Counted from the stretch's first letter, positions 39,318 to 49,948 are shown. The stretch: DNA of 64,000 nucleotides from an uncultured delta proteobacterium (GCA_963769935.1 CAVYNY010000001.1:64001-128000), one strand, 5' to 3'. A program made the numbers and translations. The notes: a model not told the origin generated them from the sequence alone.

Positions 39318-40656
39318 TTGGATGCCGGCAAAAAAGCAGTATGGGGATGGGCCATGTATGACTGGGCCAACTCAGTCTATGTCACCACTGTTATGGCCGG
39401 ATTTTTTCCGGTATTTTTTAAACAGTACTGGAGCCATGGCGCCGACGTCAACCTGAGCACCGCCCAGCTCGGCTTCGGCAACTCGATTGCCAGCCTGATC
39501 GTTGCGCTCATGGCGCCGGTGCTGGGAGCCATCGCCGACAAGGGGTCCGCCAAGAAAAAATTTTTGATCCTGTTTGCCTATCTGGGCGTTTTGATGTCCA
39601 TTGCCCTGTTTATGGTCCAGAAAGGCCACTGGGCCACGGCTATTTTTGTATATACCATGGGCATCATCGGTTTTTCAGGCGCCAACATTTTCTATGATGC
39701 CCTGCTGCCAAGTGTGGCCGCCGAAGATAAAATAGACTATGTTTCAAGTCTGGGTTATTCAATGGGATATCTGGGCGGTGGATTGCTGTTTCTGGTCAAT
39801 GTGTTGATGACCCTGATGCCCCAAAAATTCGGCCTGCCGGATGCGGCGGCGGCCGTCAGGGTTTCCTTTTTAACGGTGGCGGCGTGGTGGGGACTGTTTA
39901 CCATATTTACCATTGCCTGGGTCAAAGAGCCTAAAACCGGCTCACCGGTCGGCGGCGATGAAGGTGTCGTCCGGGCCGGTATTCGACCAGCTGGCCGGAA
40001 CCTTTAAAAAGATGCGGCACATGCGCGTCGTCTTATTGTTCCTGCTGGCCTACTGGTTTTATATCGACGGGGTGGACACCATTATCCGCATGGCTGTGGA
40101 TTACGGGCTTTCCCTGGGATTTGAGTCCTCCGATTTAATTATAGCGCTTTTAATTGTTCAGTTCGTGGGCTTTCCGGCGGCCCTGGTGTTCGGCAAGCTG
40201 GGCCAGAACTGGGGCGTGCGCCAAGCCATTTATCTGGGTATCGCCATTTATATGGGGGTTACCATCTGGGGAACGCTGATGACCCGGAAAAACGAATTCT
40301 ACATTCTGGCGATTGCAATCGGCCTGGCACAGGGCGGTATTCAGGCGCTCAGCCGCTCCTATTATTCCCGCCTGATTCCAAAAGACAAAGCGGCTGAATT
40401 TTACGGCTTTTACAACATGCTCGGCAAATTTGCCGCCATCCTGGGTCCGGTTTTGATGGGCGTCGTCGGGTTAATCGTGCGCCGCCTGATGATGCCGCCC
40501 TCCCCCACCGCAGCGCAGCTCGTCGCCGTCGGCCGATTGGCATCGCGCTGGAGTATCGGGTCTCTCTTAATACTCTTCGTGGTGGGGGCGGTTCTCTTTT
40601 ATTTTGTCGACGAAGACAAAGGGCGCGAGCAGGCGAAATACCTTGCCGCCGATTGA
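39318..40656 (+). CDS. MFS transporter (UMF1/Atg22-like); one frameshift near 39978
   Basis: WAMYDWANS, APVLGAIAD, FYDALLP in 39318..40007; YIDGVDTII, QALSRSYYSRLIP, GKFAAILGP in 39913..40656. Confidence 0.82.
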
Positions 40657-41131
40657 CCGGGCCGGCCTTGCGAAGTCAGATATACCCGTCGCTTCATTTC
40701 AAACAAATACTCCTCCGTGCAGACCACTCCGTCTGAATCCAATCTTTCCAGCATTCCAGTGTTCCCTGGCCCAGACCGTTTTTAACATAAATCTGATTCT
40801 ATCTATTTTTTTAAACTGGGACAAACGTACTTTAAATTCTCAGTACCTCGCACCAGGGCGGGCCATCATTCCACGGCCGATGTTTACTTCTCCGACCTCG
40901 CCGCCAGGACCAGGTTTTCAATATTCGAAAGAAATTCTTGCATCAATTGCAGTTAACCTGACCGCAAATTGCCGTTCAGCAAAGGAGAAGATTTGCAGAT
41001 CCAAAAAAGATTAATGAAATATTTATAATTACCGATAAAGAATATACCCGCTATTTTGAATTAACCACCCGGTTGGCAAAAGCGGAATCAATCGCGGAAA
41101 CAAGATAAAATAAATACAGAAGGAAGGAATT

Positions 41132-41680
41132 ATGGATCAAAGTTCATTTTTAAGAGTATGCAAATTTTGTGGTGAAGACTTTGCCAAGTCCGTCAAAGAG
41201 TGTCCCCACTGCGGCAAAAAGGTGCAATCCGGCATGTTGTTGATGCTGATTATAGGAATCGGCTGTCTGGCACTAGCGGCGGCATTTGCGATTCCCATCA
41301 GCAAAAAGCAGCCGGACGATATGAAAATGATCGCAATTGCTCCGGTTGACCAGGTCGACACGGTCGAACTGGCAACCCTGTTTAACGACCGCAAGGTGCA
41401 AATAACGCCGCGGGCACAGAGAAAAGCCCGGGAAATCACCGGTAAGGTTGTTCAGTGGGAACTGGAGGTTTTTGTAGTCACAAAATCCGCCGATTGCTAT
41501 CAGGTTCTGACGAAACCAACTAAAAGTGCTCCTGGAACCCTTTCGACGGTTTACCCCCGCAACAGTCAGCAACAAAGCTACCTGGACAGCATCAAGCCGG
41601 GAATGACCATCCCAATAAAGGGCAAAATCGCAGGCATCCGGCAGGGAAGGATTAAGATTAATCCGGCTTTTCTACTTTAA
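41132..41680 (+). CDS. Hypothetical membrane protein: zinc ribbon, TM helix, possible OB-fold domain
   Basis: CKFCG...ECPHCG, hydrophobic helix, C-terminal LDSIKPGMTIPIKGKI; AAGGAAGG RBS. Confidence 0.65.
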   Translation: MDQSSFLRVCKFCGEDFAKSVKECPHCGKKVQSGMLLMLIIGIGCLALAAAFAIPISKKQPDDMKMIAIAPVDQVDTVELATLFNDRKVQITPRAQRKAREITGKVVQWELEVFVVTKSADCYQVLTKPTKSAPGTLSTVYPRNSQQQSYLDSIKPGMTIPIKGKIAGIRQGRIKINPAFLL

Positions 41681-41769
41681 CATGCGCAGCATACTGTAAT
41701 TAATCCGCCGGAGCTTCGATCGAACGACTTTTGTCAGTTTTAAAAGAAAACTCCAAAATCATGAATGCA

Positions 41770-42579
41770 TTATTCTTGAGGGCGGATCAATCCGCTGACG
41801 ATCGACTGGAGCTTACCGGCATCATTGGAGAATATCCATTCCACGCCGCGGTTGATTTCCCGGAACAGGCAGTTTTTCGATCCGGGATACCCGGTACCGA
41901 CCTTTTGTCCCTGTGCCTGGTGCCTTGCCAACAGGGCATTGTTCAGCAAGAAATAGTGCCCGGCCACTCCCCTCATTTTTTTTTCCAGGGCCAGGTTGCT
42001 GAGCCGATATAAGTTCCACTGGGCAATCGGGATAAACGTCGATGCCGGCACGAAAGTGATCAGGTCGAACATTTGGCGGGTAAGAGACATCAGATGATAG
42101 TCGATCTGCGGCTCGACAGCAGAAAAACAGTGCTTTAAAATCTGATTTTGCTGCGCAGGATCAGGATAGTCTTCGGCTTTTATCTCGACCATCAAATGCA
42201 ATTTTTTGCCGAACCTCTGAATCACCTCCGACAGTGTAGGAACCTCAGGGCACTCGGACTTCAACGTCTCCAGTTTGACGTCCGCCACGGTGAGATTCAG
42301 GCCGAAGACTCTTTGCAGATTCGCATCATGGATCACGACCGGCCGCAGGTCTTTTGTCCAGCGAATATCGAACTCGATTCCCCAAACCCCTGCAGCGCCG
42401 GCTCGGTCAAAGGCCGGCAGGGTGTTTTCGAATACGCTGCGGTTGTCGTATTCACCGCGATGAGAAACGATTTTACAATTCGCTAACTGCTCTAATCCTG
42501 GAAACGGCTGCGGCCATAACGCATAGAAACCGTCGAGCACCCTTTCCAATCCATTTTGAATATAAGAAAAGAATTTCAT
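41770..42579 (-). CDS. Glycerophosphodiester phosphodiesterase
   Basis: SHRG, ENTLPAF, GIEFDIRWTKD, VIHD, VPTLSEV, VEIK. Start inferred. Confidence 0.87.
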   Translation of the reverse strand: MKFFSYIQNGLERVLDGFYALWPQPFPGLEQLANCKIVSHRGEYDNRSVFENTLPAFDRAGAAGVWGIEFDIRWTKDLRPVVIHDANLQRVFGLNLTVADVKLETLKSECPEVPTLSEVIQRFGKKLHLMVEIKAEDYPDPAQQNQILKHCFSAVEPQIDYHLMSLTRQMFDLITFVPASTFIPIAQWNLYRLSNLALEKKMRGVAGHYFLLNNALLARHQAQGQKVGTGYPGSKNCLFREINRGVEWIFSNDAGKLQSIVSGLIRPQE

Positions 42580-42765
42580 TTTAATCCCAAATCGATTATG
42601 AACAGAGCTTACGGAATTGGTGATTAAACCATCTTTTCCGGTTTCCGCAGACACGGGATTTCAGCAGCGCTCCAACCGGCTGGAATCTATTATACACGCA
42701 AAGCCCACGAAGGCAATCACGAAAATCTCACTCCTGCCGACAGCACAGGTGTTGCAAGGGTCGAA

Positions 42766-43626
42766 ATGAAAAAATCGGAAAATTCCAGCCGGGAAAATCG
42801 GGGCACCATCCCCGGCAATGTTATTGAAATAAAAAAAGCAGCGGCTATTATTCAAAAAGTCCAGGTTAATATACCGTTTACCATGTTGTATGATACCTAT
42901 CTGGATGCATTCATAACCAACGGTCTAAATCCGGAAATCGGTCTGGATGCCGCTGCCTTAGACCGATTTACTTATGAGGATTTCAGTTGCATTGCCGGGG
43001 AATTTCGTAAACACTCCAGGACCGTCACGCTTCACGGACCCTTTATCGATTTAAACCCCGGTTCCATGGATTCTGCAGTGCGGCGGGTGACCGAACAGCG
43101 CTTCGAACAGCTGATCGAGCTGGTTCCGCTTTTTGAACCCAAATCGGTAGTCTGCCACGCCGGCTACGATGCCAAACGATATGATTATTTCAAAGACACC
43201 TGGTTGGAAAAATGCCTGGAACTCTGGTCCCGGCTGGCAAGCCGTCTGGCCGAAAACGGTTCCCGGCTGATGCTGGAAAATGTATATGAAGATGGCCCGG
43301 AAGATATCCAGGTCATCTTTGAAAGGCTTAAAGACCCTGCGGTCGGATTTTGCCTGGACAGCGGCCATGTATCCGCTTTCAGCCAATCCGATCTTGAAAT
43401 GTGGCTGGAAGTTCTGGGACCGTATCTCGGACAGCTTCATCTCCACGACAACTTCGGCAACTCGGATGCGCACCTGGCTCTTGGCAGGGGCGACATCGAT
43501 TTTAGCAAAATATTCAATTACTTGAAAAATACCGCCGCTAAAAGACCCATTATTACCATAGAGCCCCACCGGGAAACCGAACTCTGGCCGAGTTTGGAGT
43601 ATCTCGCCCAGGCGTGGCCGTGGTAA
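42766..43626 (+). CDS. Xylose-isomerase-like TIM-barrel protein (sugar-phosphate isomerase / AP-endonuclease-2 family)
   Basis: LHGPFIDLNPGS, LENVYE, CLDSGH, HLHDNFG..DAHLALGRG, IEPH. Confidence 0.82.
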   Translation: MKKSENSSRENRGTIPGNVIEIKKAAAIIQKVQVNIPFTMLYDTYLDAFITNGLNPEIGLDAAALDRFTYEDFSCIAGEFRKHSRTVTLHGPFIDLNPGSMDSAVRRVTEQRFEQLIELVPLFEPKSVVCHAGYDAKRYDYFKDTWLEKCLELWSRLASRLAENGSRLMLENVYEDGPEDIQVIFERLKDPAVGFCLDSGHVSAFSQSDLEMWLEVLGPYLGQLHLHDNFGNSDAHLALGRGDIDFSKIFNYLKNTAAKRPIITIEPHRETELWPSLEYLAQAWPW

Positions 43627-43754
43627 GCCTGCCCGCCATTTCTGAAATAGATCGACCCCCAGGCGCAAATTCTTATTAAAGCCTGATCAAAAACGGCCGA
43701 TATACACCTTGTATCGGTTGAAAAATCATTTAATCTCCCATCAGCAGGAAGGCC

Positions 43755-45233
43755 ATGACAGTGATCAACCAGGACGGAAATGACACCGGCAATAAAGCTG
43801 CGCCGGTGCCTATAGAAGCCAAGACAATGGTCCTCAGCCGGCCCAAAGAAAAAGTCATAGGGCCGCGGCTGGTTTGCACTACTGCGTCCGGTGAAAGCAA
43901 GATCTTTCCTCTCAACAAGTCGCAAATTGTGATCGGGCGGTCCGTGGAAGCCGATCTCAATCTTCTCGATCCACTGGTATCCCGCAAACACTGCGTCATT
44001 GAAGAGCGCAACAACACGTATGTCGTCCGGAATGTCAGCACTACCAATCCCCTGTTGCTAAACGACCAGGCGATCGTCGAAAAGCGTCTTTATGCCGGAG
44101 ACCAACTGAAAATAGGCTCTGCCGCACTGGCATTCATTTCCGACCGTCCCGAGGATGTTAAAAGACTTGACACGAAGATGATCAGACAAAAACAGCAGTG
44201 GGGAATTCGCTTCTGGATTGCTGTTTCCCTGCTGCTGGTTTTTACGGTTTATTATGGGTATTTTCAGGCCTACACGCCGCTCAAGATTAAGTGGGCTCTA
44301 AACTCAGTAGCCAAACAGATTCAGGCGGGAAAATTCATATCCGCTCAAAATACACTCAAACATATTTTGGATCTGGACTTGCCTCTGGAGCAGAGCCATC
44401 AGGCAATGGAGCTGCTTGCGCAAACGGCGCTTGCAATCACGGAAGAAAAATACCAGCATGAAGATCTGGATTCGGCAATGGAATATCTGAAGTCGTATCT
44501 GGCTGAATACGGTGCCGGTAAACAAGCGGAAATTCTCTGGGATCGGCTGGATTATTATCGTTTGAGTCTGGCGCAGCGTCTGGAAGGCGAAAAAAAATTT
44601 CAACCGGCCTTGAGGGAGTACGCCGCTATAAAGGAAGACAGCATTTATTTCGAAGAAGCACACAAGGCCATCCGCCGGTTATGGTTGATACACCAGCAGC
44701 AAACCCGCCAGGACCAGACGCTGGCTCAATTGTTGAAGGAGGCTGAAGTCCATTTCCAGGCACAGCAGTATCTTAAACCGGTCAATCAAAATGCCTATGT
44801 CCTGTATCAGGCCGTTCTCACCCTGGAACCCCGGAATGCGCTGGCCCTCCAACGCATTGACCAAATGAAGGCATTTTACCGCGAAAACGGTGAAAATTAT
44901 TTTGCCAAAAAAAATTGGCCCAAAGCCCTATCCTATTTTGAACGCTACTATCTCATCGATACCGACACCAAGGAAGTAAATAATAAAATGAAATTCTGCC
45001 GCGAGAAATTGGCCGACGCCAGAGCCCGGGACCGCGACGCCATTTATGCTGAAGCTTCTTCAAAGAAAAAGTCACAAAAATCACAGCCAAACCATCAAAC
45101 GCAGGCTGAAAAGAAAGAACAGATCAAACGCATGTTGGAAGAATCGGGTACCGAAAGCTCCTGGATTATGAAATATCTTTTCGAAGACCAAAAGAATGAA
45201 AAGAATGATAAAGATAACGATAAACCCTGGTAG
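43755..45233 (+). CDS. FHA domain + TM helix + helical/TPR-like protein
   Basis: IVIGRSVEADL..DPLVSRKHC...STTN; one TM helix; helical repeats (YQAVLTLEPRNALAL). Confidence 0.8.
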   Translation: MTVINQDGNDTGNKAAPVPIEAKTMVLSRPKEKVIGPRLVCTTASGESKIFPLNKSQIVIGRSVEADLNLLDPLVSRKHCVIEERNNTYVVRNVSTTNPLLLNDQAIVEKRLYAGDQLKIGSAALAFISDRPEDVKRLDTKMIRQKQQWGIRFWIAVSLLLVFTVYYGYFQAYTPLKIKWALNSVAKQIQAGKFISAQNTLKHILDLDLPLEQSHQAMELLAQTALAITEEKYQHEDLDSAMEYLKSYLAEYGAGKQAEILWDRLDYYRLSLAQRLEGEKKFQPALREYAAIKEDSIYFEEAHKAIRRLWLIHQQQTRQDQTLAQLLKEAEVHFQAQQYLKPVNQNAYVLYQAVLTLEPRNALALQRIDQMKAFYRENGENYFAKKNWPKALSYFERYYLIDTDTKEVNNKMKFCREKLADARARDRDAIYAEASSKKKSQKSQPNHQTQAEKKEQIKRMLEESGTESSWIMKYLFEDQKNEKNDKDNDKPW

Positions 45234-45259
45234 GTCTATGGCAGGCAGAGAGCAAACCG

Positions 45260-46921
45260 ATGGCTAAAGGCTATCCACCAAAATCGCGGCATTTCGTGAC
45301 AGGGCTTTTGTTCATTATTTTGATCGCCGGCGGCGGAAGTTCCTGTGCACTTCGGATCCTTCAGCCGACTCCGGCGCCGTCCATTCTCGAAGAGGCTAAA
45401 CTTCCATCCCGAGTCGCTATTTTGCCGTTCGTAAACAAAACATCGACGCCCGAGGCCGGCACGCTGGTTCGCAGGATGTTTTATAATTTTTTCGGCTCGT
45501 TGAACTACCAGGATATCGAACCGTTTGTCATCGACGACAATTTAAGAATAAATGAATTGTACGCGGATGTGATTGCCGGCAAAAACGTGTCGCCGCAAAA
45601 ACTGGGGCAGCTGCTCGGCGTGGACGCCGTTATATACGGCGAAGTAACCAGTCTGGGAAAAATATTTGCGCTGGTATATGCCGATAATCAGGCCGGGCTC
45701 AAAGCACGGATGGTGCGCTGCGATTCCGGTCAGACCGTCTGGGAGCTTGAACAGACCATCCATATAGAGGAAGGCGAAGTGCCGATGAGCCCCATCGGAT
45801 TGGCCACGGCGATATTTAAGACCGCCCTCAGTCACACCCGGGCCACTCACATGAAAGCCGCCGCCGAATTGTGCATGCAAATGGTCGCAACCATTCCGAA
45901 CCCGCCCGGGGTTAGTCAACCGCCGCCCAAGATTCAGGCCCTGGTGCACAATGGTGCCGGCCAATTGCTGGTACCCGGTGATTATTTAAAAGTTGCCATG
46001 ATTGCTGAAAAAAACCGGCTCGCCAGCTGGAGCCTACCGCCGCTGATTGATAATCTTCCGATGAAAGAAAAGGAACCGGGTGTTTACATCGGCGCCTACC
46101 GGATCAAGGCCAAGGATCGGTTGCCCCACGGGAGGCTGGTGGGGTATCTGCGCGGCAAATCCGGTCTTGGCAGTCAGTGGGTGGATACGTTGGGACCGAT
46201 CAAGATCGGCCAACCAACCGTGCTGCCACCCGTAATTGCCAAGGATTATGTCTTAAGCATTGAAAAGAGTCCCTATCTGGTAAACGATGCGCTGCTGGTC
46301 AAGCCCGGCGCCAAGCTAACGATGAATCCCGGAACCGTGATCTGGTTTCGCAGCCTGGGCCTGATCGTCAAAGGGGAACTTCACATTTTAGGGACCGAAA
46401 GTGATCCGGTGCGGTTGTCAAGTCTGGGAGCAGCCGGCTGGAAAGGTATTTTCCTGGACCACAGCCGCACCGAAAATGAAATTCGCTATTGTACAATCTC
46501 GGATGCCGAATTCGGTTTCAGAGCCAGCAAATCAAAGGTATCAATCCAGAACAGCCAGTTTCAGTACAATGTCTGGGGCATAGTAATGGAAGAAAGCAGC
46601 GCCGAAATTTCCGCCAGCCTCATTCGAACATCGGAAAAATCAGGCATCGCTGCCCGCAAGGCCAGCATTCTGGTCAAGGATTCCGTCATCACTGAAAACA
46701 GCGCCGGCGGATTTTTGCTGGAAGGCAGCCGGGCCGAAATCGAACACAATAATATTATAAATAACGGCGGCTGGGAGGTTAAAGTGCTGGATGATAAAGG
46801 CCAGGTTAAAGCCGCCCAAAACTGGTGGGGTACCGAGGATCCGATCAAAAACGAGATTGTCGGTCCCGTCGCCGTCACGCCGATTCTGAAATCACCGATT
46901 GCGTTCACGGTTTTGGAATAA
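45260..46921 (+). CDS. Lipoprotein with a CsgG/TolB-N-like domain and a C-terminal right-handed beta-helix
   Basis: Lipobox-like GGSSC, RVAILPFVN, LGVDAVIYGEV; SPYLV...PGTVIWF, WKGIFL, I-x-N/S repeats, QNWWG. Confidence 0.7.
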   Translation: MAKGYPPKSRHFVTGLLFIILIAGGGSSCALRILQPTPAPSILEEAKLPSRVAILPFVNKTSTPEAGTLVRRMFYNFFGSLNYQDIEPFVIDDNLRINELYADVIAGKNVSPQKLGQLLGVDAVIYGEVTSLGKIFALVYADNQAGLKARMVRCDSGQTVWELEQTIHIEEGEVPMSPIGLATAIFKTALSHTRATHMKAAAELCMQMVATIPNPPGVSQPPPKIQALVHNGAGQLLVPGDYLKVAMIAEKNRLASWSLPPLIDNLPMKEKEPGVYIGAYRIKAKDRLPHGRLVGYLRGKSGLGSQWVDTLGPIKIGQPTVLPPVIAKDYVLSIEKSPYLVNDALLVKPGAKLTMNPGTVIWFRSLGLIVKGELHILGTESDPVRLSSLGAAGWKGIFLDHSRTENEIRYCTISDAEFGFRASKSKVSIQNSQFQYNVWGIVMEESSAEISASLIRTSEKSGIAARKASILVKDSVITENSAGGFLLEGSRAEIEHNNIINNGGWEVKVLDDKGQVKAAQNWWGTEDPIKNEIVGPVAVTPILKSPIAFTVLE

Positions 46922-46927
46922 GCCCTA

Positions 46928-47048
46928 GGAATGTCGAATGTCGAAGGAATAATGTCGAACGAAGGAATTTTATCTATTCCATTTCTTTAAAGGCCGGAGC
47001 TAAGCGACATCCACAATTTGTCATTCGTCAATCGACATTCGACATTCC
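46928..47048. repeat. 121-bp element with a perfect 17-bp terminal inverted repeat
   Basis: GGAATGTCGAATGTCGA (46928-46944) / TCGACATTCGACATTCC (47032-47048). Confidence 0.8.
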
Positions 47049-47561
47049 CTATAGTCTTTCCACTATCCAATCCTCCAAATCTTTTAGCACCTGCTCTCTT
47101 TGCGCCGGCGGTTCATTATAAATTTCATGTTACAATCCCTTATAAACGTGCAGCGTTTTGTCCGGCACTGCCAGCTTTTCAAAAAATTGCCCGGCAGCCC
47201 GCGCACTTACCAGATGATCGTCGCCGGCGACCTGCATCAGCATTGGAATTCGGATGGATGAGACCTGCTGATTGACAGTTTCCATGGCCGCCATTAATTC
47301 GGTAAAGAAACGGGGGCTGATTCGATCATGAACCAGCGGATCGTTTATATAGGTACGGACGACATTTGGGTCGTGACTGATTTTGGCGGCATCCAGCTCG
47401 TTGCCCAGGGTGAGGCACGGCCAAATGTAAGACATGATGGATCCCAATATCTTTTTCCCGGCGGGTACTTCGATAACCATCCCCAGGGCCGGCGATGAAG
47501 CCAGTACCCCATCAATCATTTTCGGAAATCGCTGGACATAATGAAGTGCGATCAAGCCGCC
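47049..47561 (-). pseudogene. Lysophospholipase-like alpha/beta hydrolase remnant: 5'-truncated, with an internal nonsense codon
   Basis: Begins at GGLIAL (GHSxGG cut), contains YINDPLVH and GDDHLV, then YKGL*HEIYNE...DLEDWIVERL. A TAA at 47130 precedes the catalytic His. Confidence 0.8.
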
Positions 47562-47717
47562 GTACCTTAATTAACTAAACCTCACCAGTTGTCAGGGAGC
47601 AAATTACAGCCTTGAATGGACGGTTTATCAGGGCGGATTAATTTGACATTTGACTGGCTTTCTGTCAAGAGATCGGATGCCATAAAGCAGAAAGGAATGA
47701 TTCTCTCAGTTAGCGCT

Positions 47718-49319
47718 ATGCATATTAAAGCCGTTTTATTCCATCTTGAAAGTTCGCTGGTTCTGCCGGACAGTCTGGCCTTGGCAAATATCAAAGCGTC
47801 AATCGGCTGCCCGGTTGATACCGACCCCCTTGATTTTATCCGGAGTCTGAACAACGCCGAGGATAGAAGACAAGCCCGGTCCAAACTGGCGCCTCTCGAG
47901 CTTGAAGCAGCCGCGAGCTCAAGGCCGTCGCCCGACGCCCGGGAAATTTTGCAATACCTTAATTTGAAGAATCTGCGCCTGGGCATAGCCACCGGCGGCA
48001 GCCCGGCTCTCGTTGACAACCTGCTGCAAAAGCTGTCCCCTGTCACCGCAGCGGATTTCGATGTGGTCATCGACCGCGGTGAACTCCCGGCCTATACCGC
48101 GGATACCAATGCCGTTCAGCTTGCGGCCGCAAAAATGAACGTCGCTCCCGACCAGCTTCTCGTCGTGGCGTCGGACGCGTCGGTTCTGCGGGAGGCCCGG
48201 AAATCAGGAGCGGTATCGGTCTATTTTAACCGATCGACAGCGTCCGGGACAATACGTTCCGAAAGTGCCTATCAGATATCACAGTTAAGGGAACTCAAAC
48301 AGATCGTGCGCCTGGGCATCCCCCTGCCCGCCGGCAAACTGCCGAATGATCTATTACGCGAGTTCTTGAACCAGTTTGAATTCGATGATCCTTCGATTCT
48401 CATCAATCCGGGAATTGGTGAAGATACAGCCGCGGTGGACGTCGGACCCGAGGAGGTACTGGTGCTCAAATCGGACCCCATTACCTTTGCTACGGATTCC
48501 ATCGGCCAATATGCCGTGCTGATCAATGCCAATGATATTGCGACCTCAGGCGCCCGACCCCGCTGGCTGCTCACCACGCTGTTGTTTCCCTTCGGAGTCA
48601 CCCCTTCTGAGATCAAGCGGGTGATCGACGAGCTCAAAGAATTTTGCCGGCGCTGGGATATCACCCTGTGCGGGGGGCACACCGAAATTACGGATGCCGT
48701 TACCCGGCCGGTGGTTGCCGGAATGATGGCAGGGACGGTCGCCAGAAAGAATCTGATCGACAAACGCAATGTGGCGCCCGGCGACAGGGTGCTGCTCACC
48801 AAGGGCGTGGCCGTCGAAGGCACGGCAATTATTGCCCGGGAGTTCGGGAGCCGTTTGGGAAAATTCGGTCTGACTGAATCGGAGATTGAAAGGTGCCGGC
48901 AGTTTTTAACCCATATCAGCATTCTTGCGGAAGCCAGGATCGCCGCAAAATCGAAGGCGACCAGCGCCATGCATGACGTCACCGAAGGCGGGCTGGCCAC
49001 GGCTCTTGAAGAATTGAGCATCGCCTCAGAAAGCCGGATCAAGATTAATACGGATACAATTCCCGTCTTTGCCGAGACCCGCAAAATCTGTCGGCTGCTG
49101 AATATTCAGCCGCTGGGTCTTATCGGCTCCGGCAGCCTTTTGATATGCTGCCGGCCAACCGGTTGTGATTCCCTGATGAAATCCCTCCGCGAGGGCGGGA
49201 TCGAAGTCACCTGTATCGGTGAAGTCCTGGAAAAAGGCCAGGGTATTGCCGCTTTTGAAGACGGCCGCCAAGCGGCCTGGCCTCAATTCGAGGTCGATGA
49301 GATAACGCGGCTGTTTTAA
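47718..49319 (+). CDS. Degenerate HAD-like domain fused to an AIR-synthase/HypE-like (PurM superfamily) domain
   Basis: IKAVLFHLESSL, LGIATG; GKLP, PGIGEDTA, KSDPITF, NANDIATSGA, GGHTEIT, AMHDVTEGG, DEITRLF. Confidence 0.8.
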   Translation: MHIKAVLFHLESSLVLPDSLALANIKASIGCPVDTDPLDFIRSLNNAEDRRQARSKLAPLELEAAASSRPSPDAREILQYLNLKNLRLGIATGGSPALVDNLLQKLSPVTAADFDVVIDRGELPAYTADTNAVQLAAAKMNVAPDQLLVVASDASVLREARKSGAVSVYFNRSTASGTIRSESAYQISQLRELKQIVRLGIPLPAGKLPNDLLREFLNQFEFDDPSILINPGIGEDTAAVDVGPEEVLVLKSDPITFATDSIGQYAVLINANDIATSGARPRWLLTTLLFPFGVTPSEIKRVIDELKEFCRRWDITLCGGHTEITDAVTRPVVAGMMAGTVARKNLIDKRNVAPGDRVLLTKGVAVEGTAIIAREFGSRLGKFGLTESEIERCRQFLTHISILAEARIAAKSKATSAMHDVTEGGLATALEELSIASESRIKINTDTIPVFAETRKICRLLNIQPLGLIGSGSLLICCRPTGCDSLMKSLREGGIEVTCIGEVLEKGQGIAAFEDGRQAAWPQFEVDEITRLF

Positions 49320-49948
49320 TTTGCGCGGATGCCGCGTCCGAATATTTCGAAGGCAAGTTCGAGCGTTTGCTTGAGGTAGTCCTTTTCCTCGTTAATCAGC
49401 CGTTTGCTTGTCAACCAGAGCACCACGCCGGAAAACAGCGCCCAGAAAGTATCGGCCATGGCAACCGGGTGGCGATCCAGGAAAAGCCCCTGTTCGACGC
49501 CGGTTTGAAAAATCAGGGCGATGGATCCCAGCGACTTGCGCGATAAATCCTTAATCTCGTTCATAAGCTGAGGGGATAGGTTTTTCAATGTTTCACTGGA
49601 CTGCAAGTGAAACATATTGATGATGATCAGCGGGTCGAACTCATAGACGTCGTACATGGCGTCCATCAAGGCCTTTAATTTTTCCTGAGGACCAGTGCCT
49701 TTTTCATCATTGACATGTTCGACACGGATGAGAAGATATTGGAGGATTCTCAGAGAAAGAGAGGCATAGAGCTCTTCTTTGTTTTTAAAATACAGGTACA
49801 GGGTTCCGGGGCTGAGTTCAGCTTCCTGGGCGATATCTTCCATGGTTGCCTTAGTGAAGCCCTTGTCGGAAAAAACCCTTTTGGCGGCAACCATTATTTG
49901 CTGTCGCCGCCGCTCCTTTTCTCTTTCTTTCCGTTCTTGGATTCCCAT
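49316..49948 (-). CDS. TetR-family transcriptional regulator
   Basis: AAKRVFSDKGF..TMEDIAQEAELSPGTLYLYFKNKEEL. Confidence 0.92.
   Translation of the reverse strand: MGIQERKEREKERRRQQIMVAAKRVFSDKGFTKATMEDIAQEAELSPGTLYLYFKNKEELYASLSLRILQYLLIRVEHVNDEKGTGPQEKLKALMDAMYDVYEFDPLIIINMFHLQSSETLKNLSPQLMNEIKDLSRKSLGSIALIFQTGVEQGLFLDRHPVAMADTFWALFSGVVLWLTSKRLINEEKDYLKQTLELAFEIFGRGIRAN

Noticed and set aside
40604..41014. 136-aa ORF after the MFS gene, and small ORFs at 8978-9172, 46825-47121 and 50120-50308
   Set aside because: They overlap real genes or repeat elements and have no RBS or domain features.
47718..49319. SelD, ThiL or bona fide HypE
   Set aside because: It lacks the SelD Cys/Sec-x-x-Lys N-terminal motif and the HypE C-terminal PRIC, so only the superfamily can be supported.
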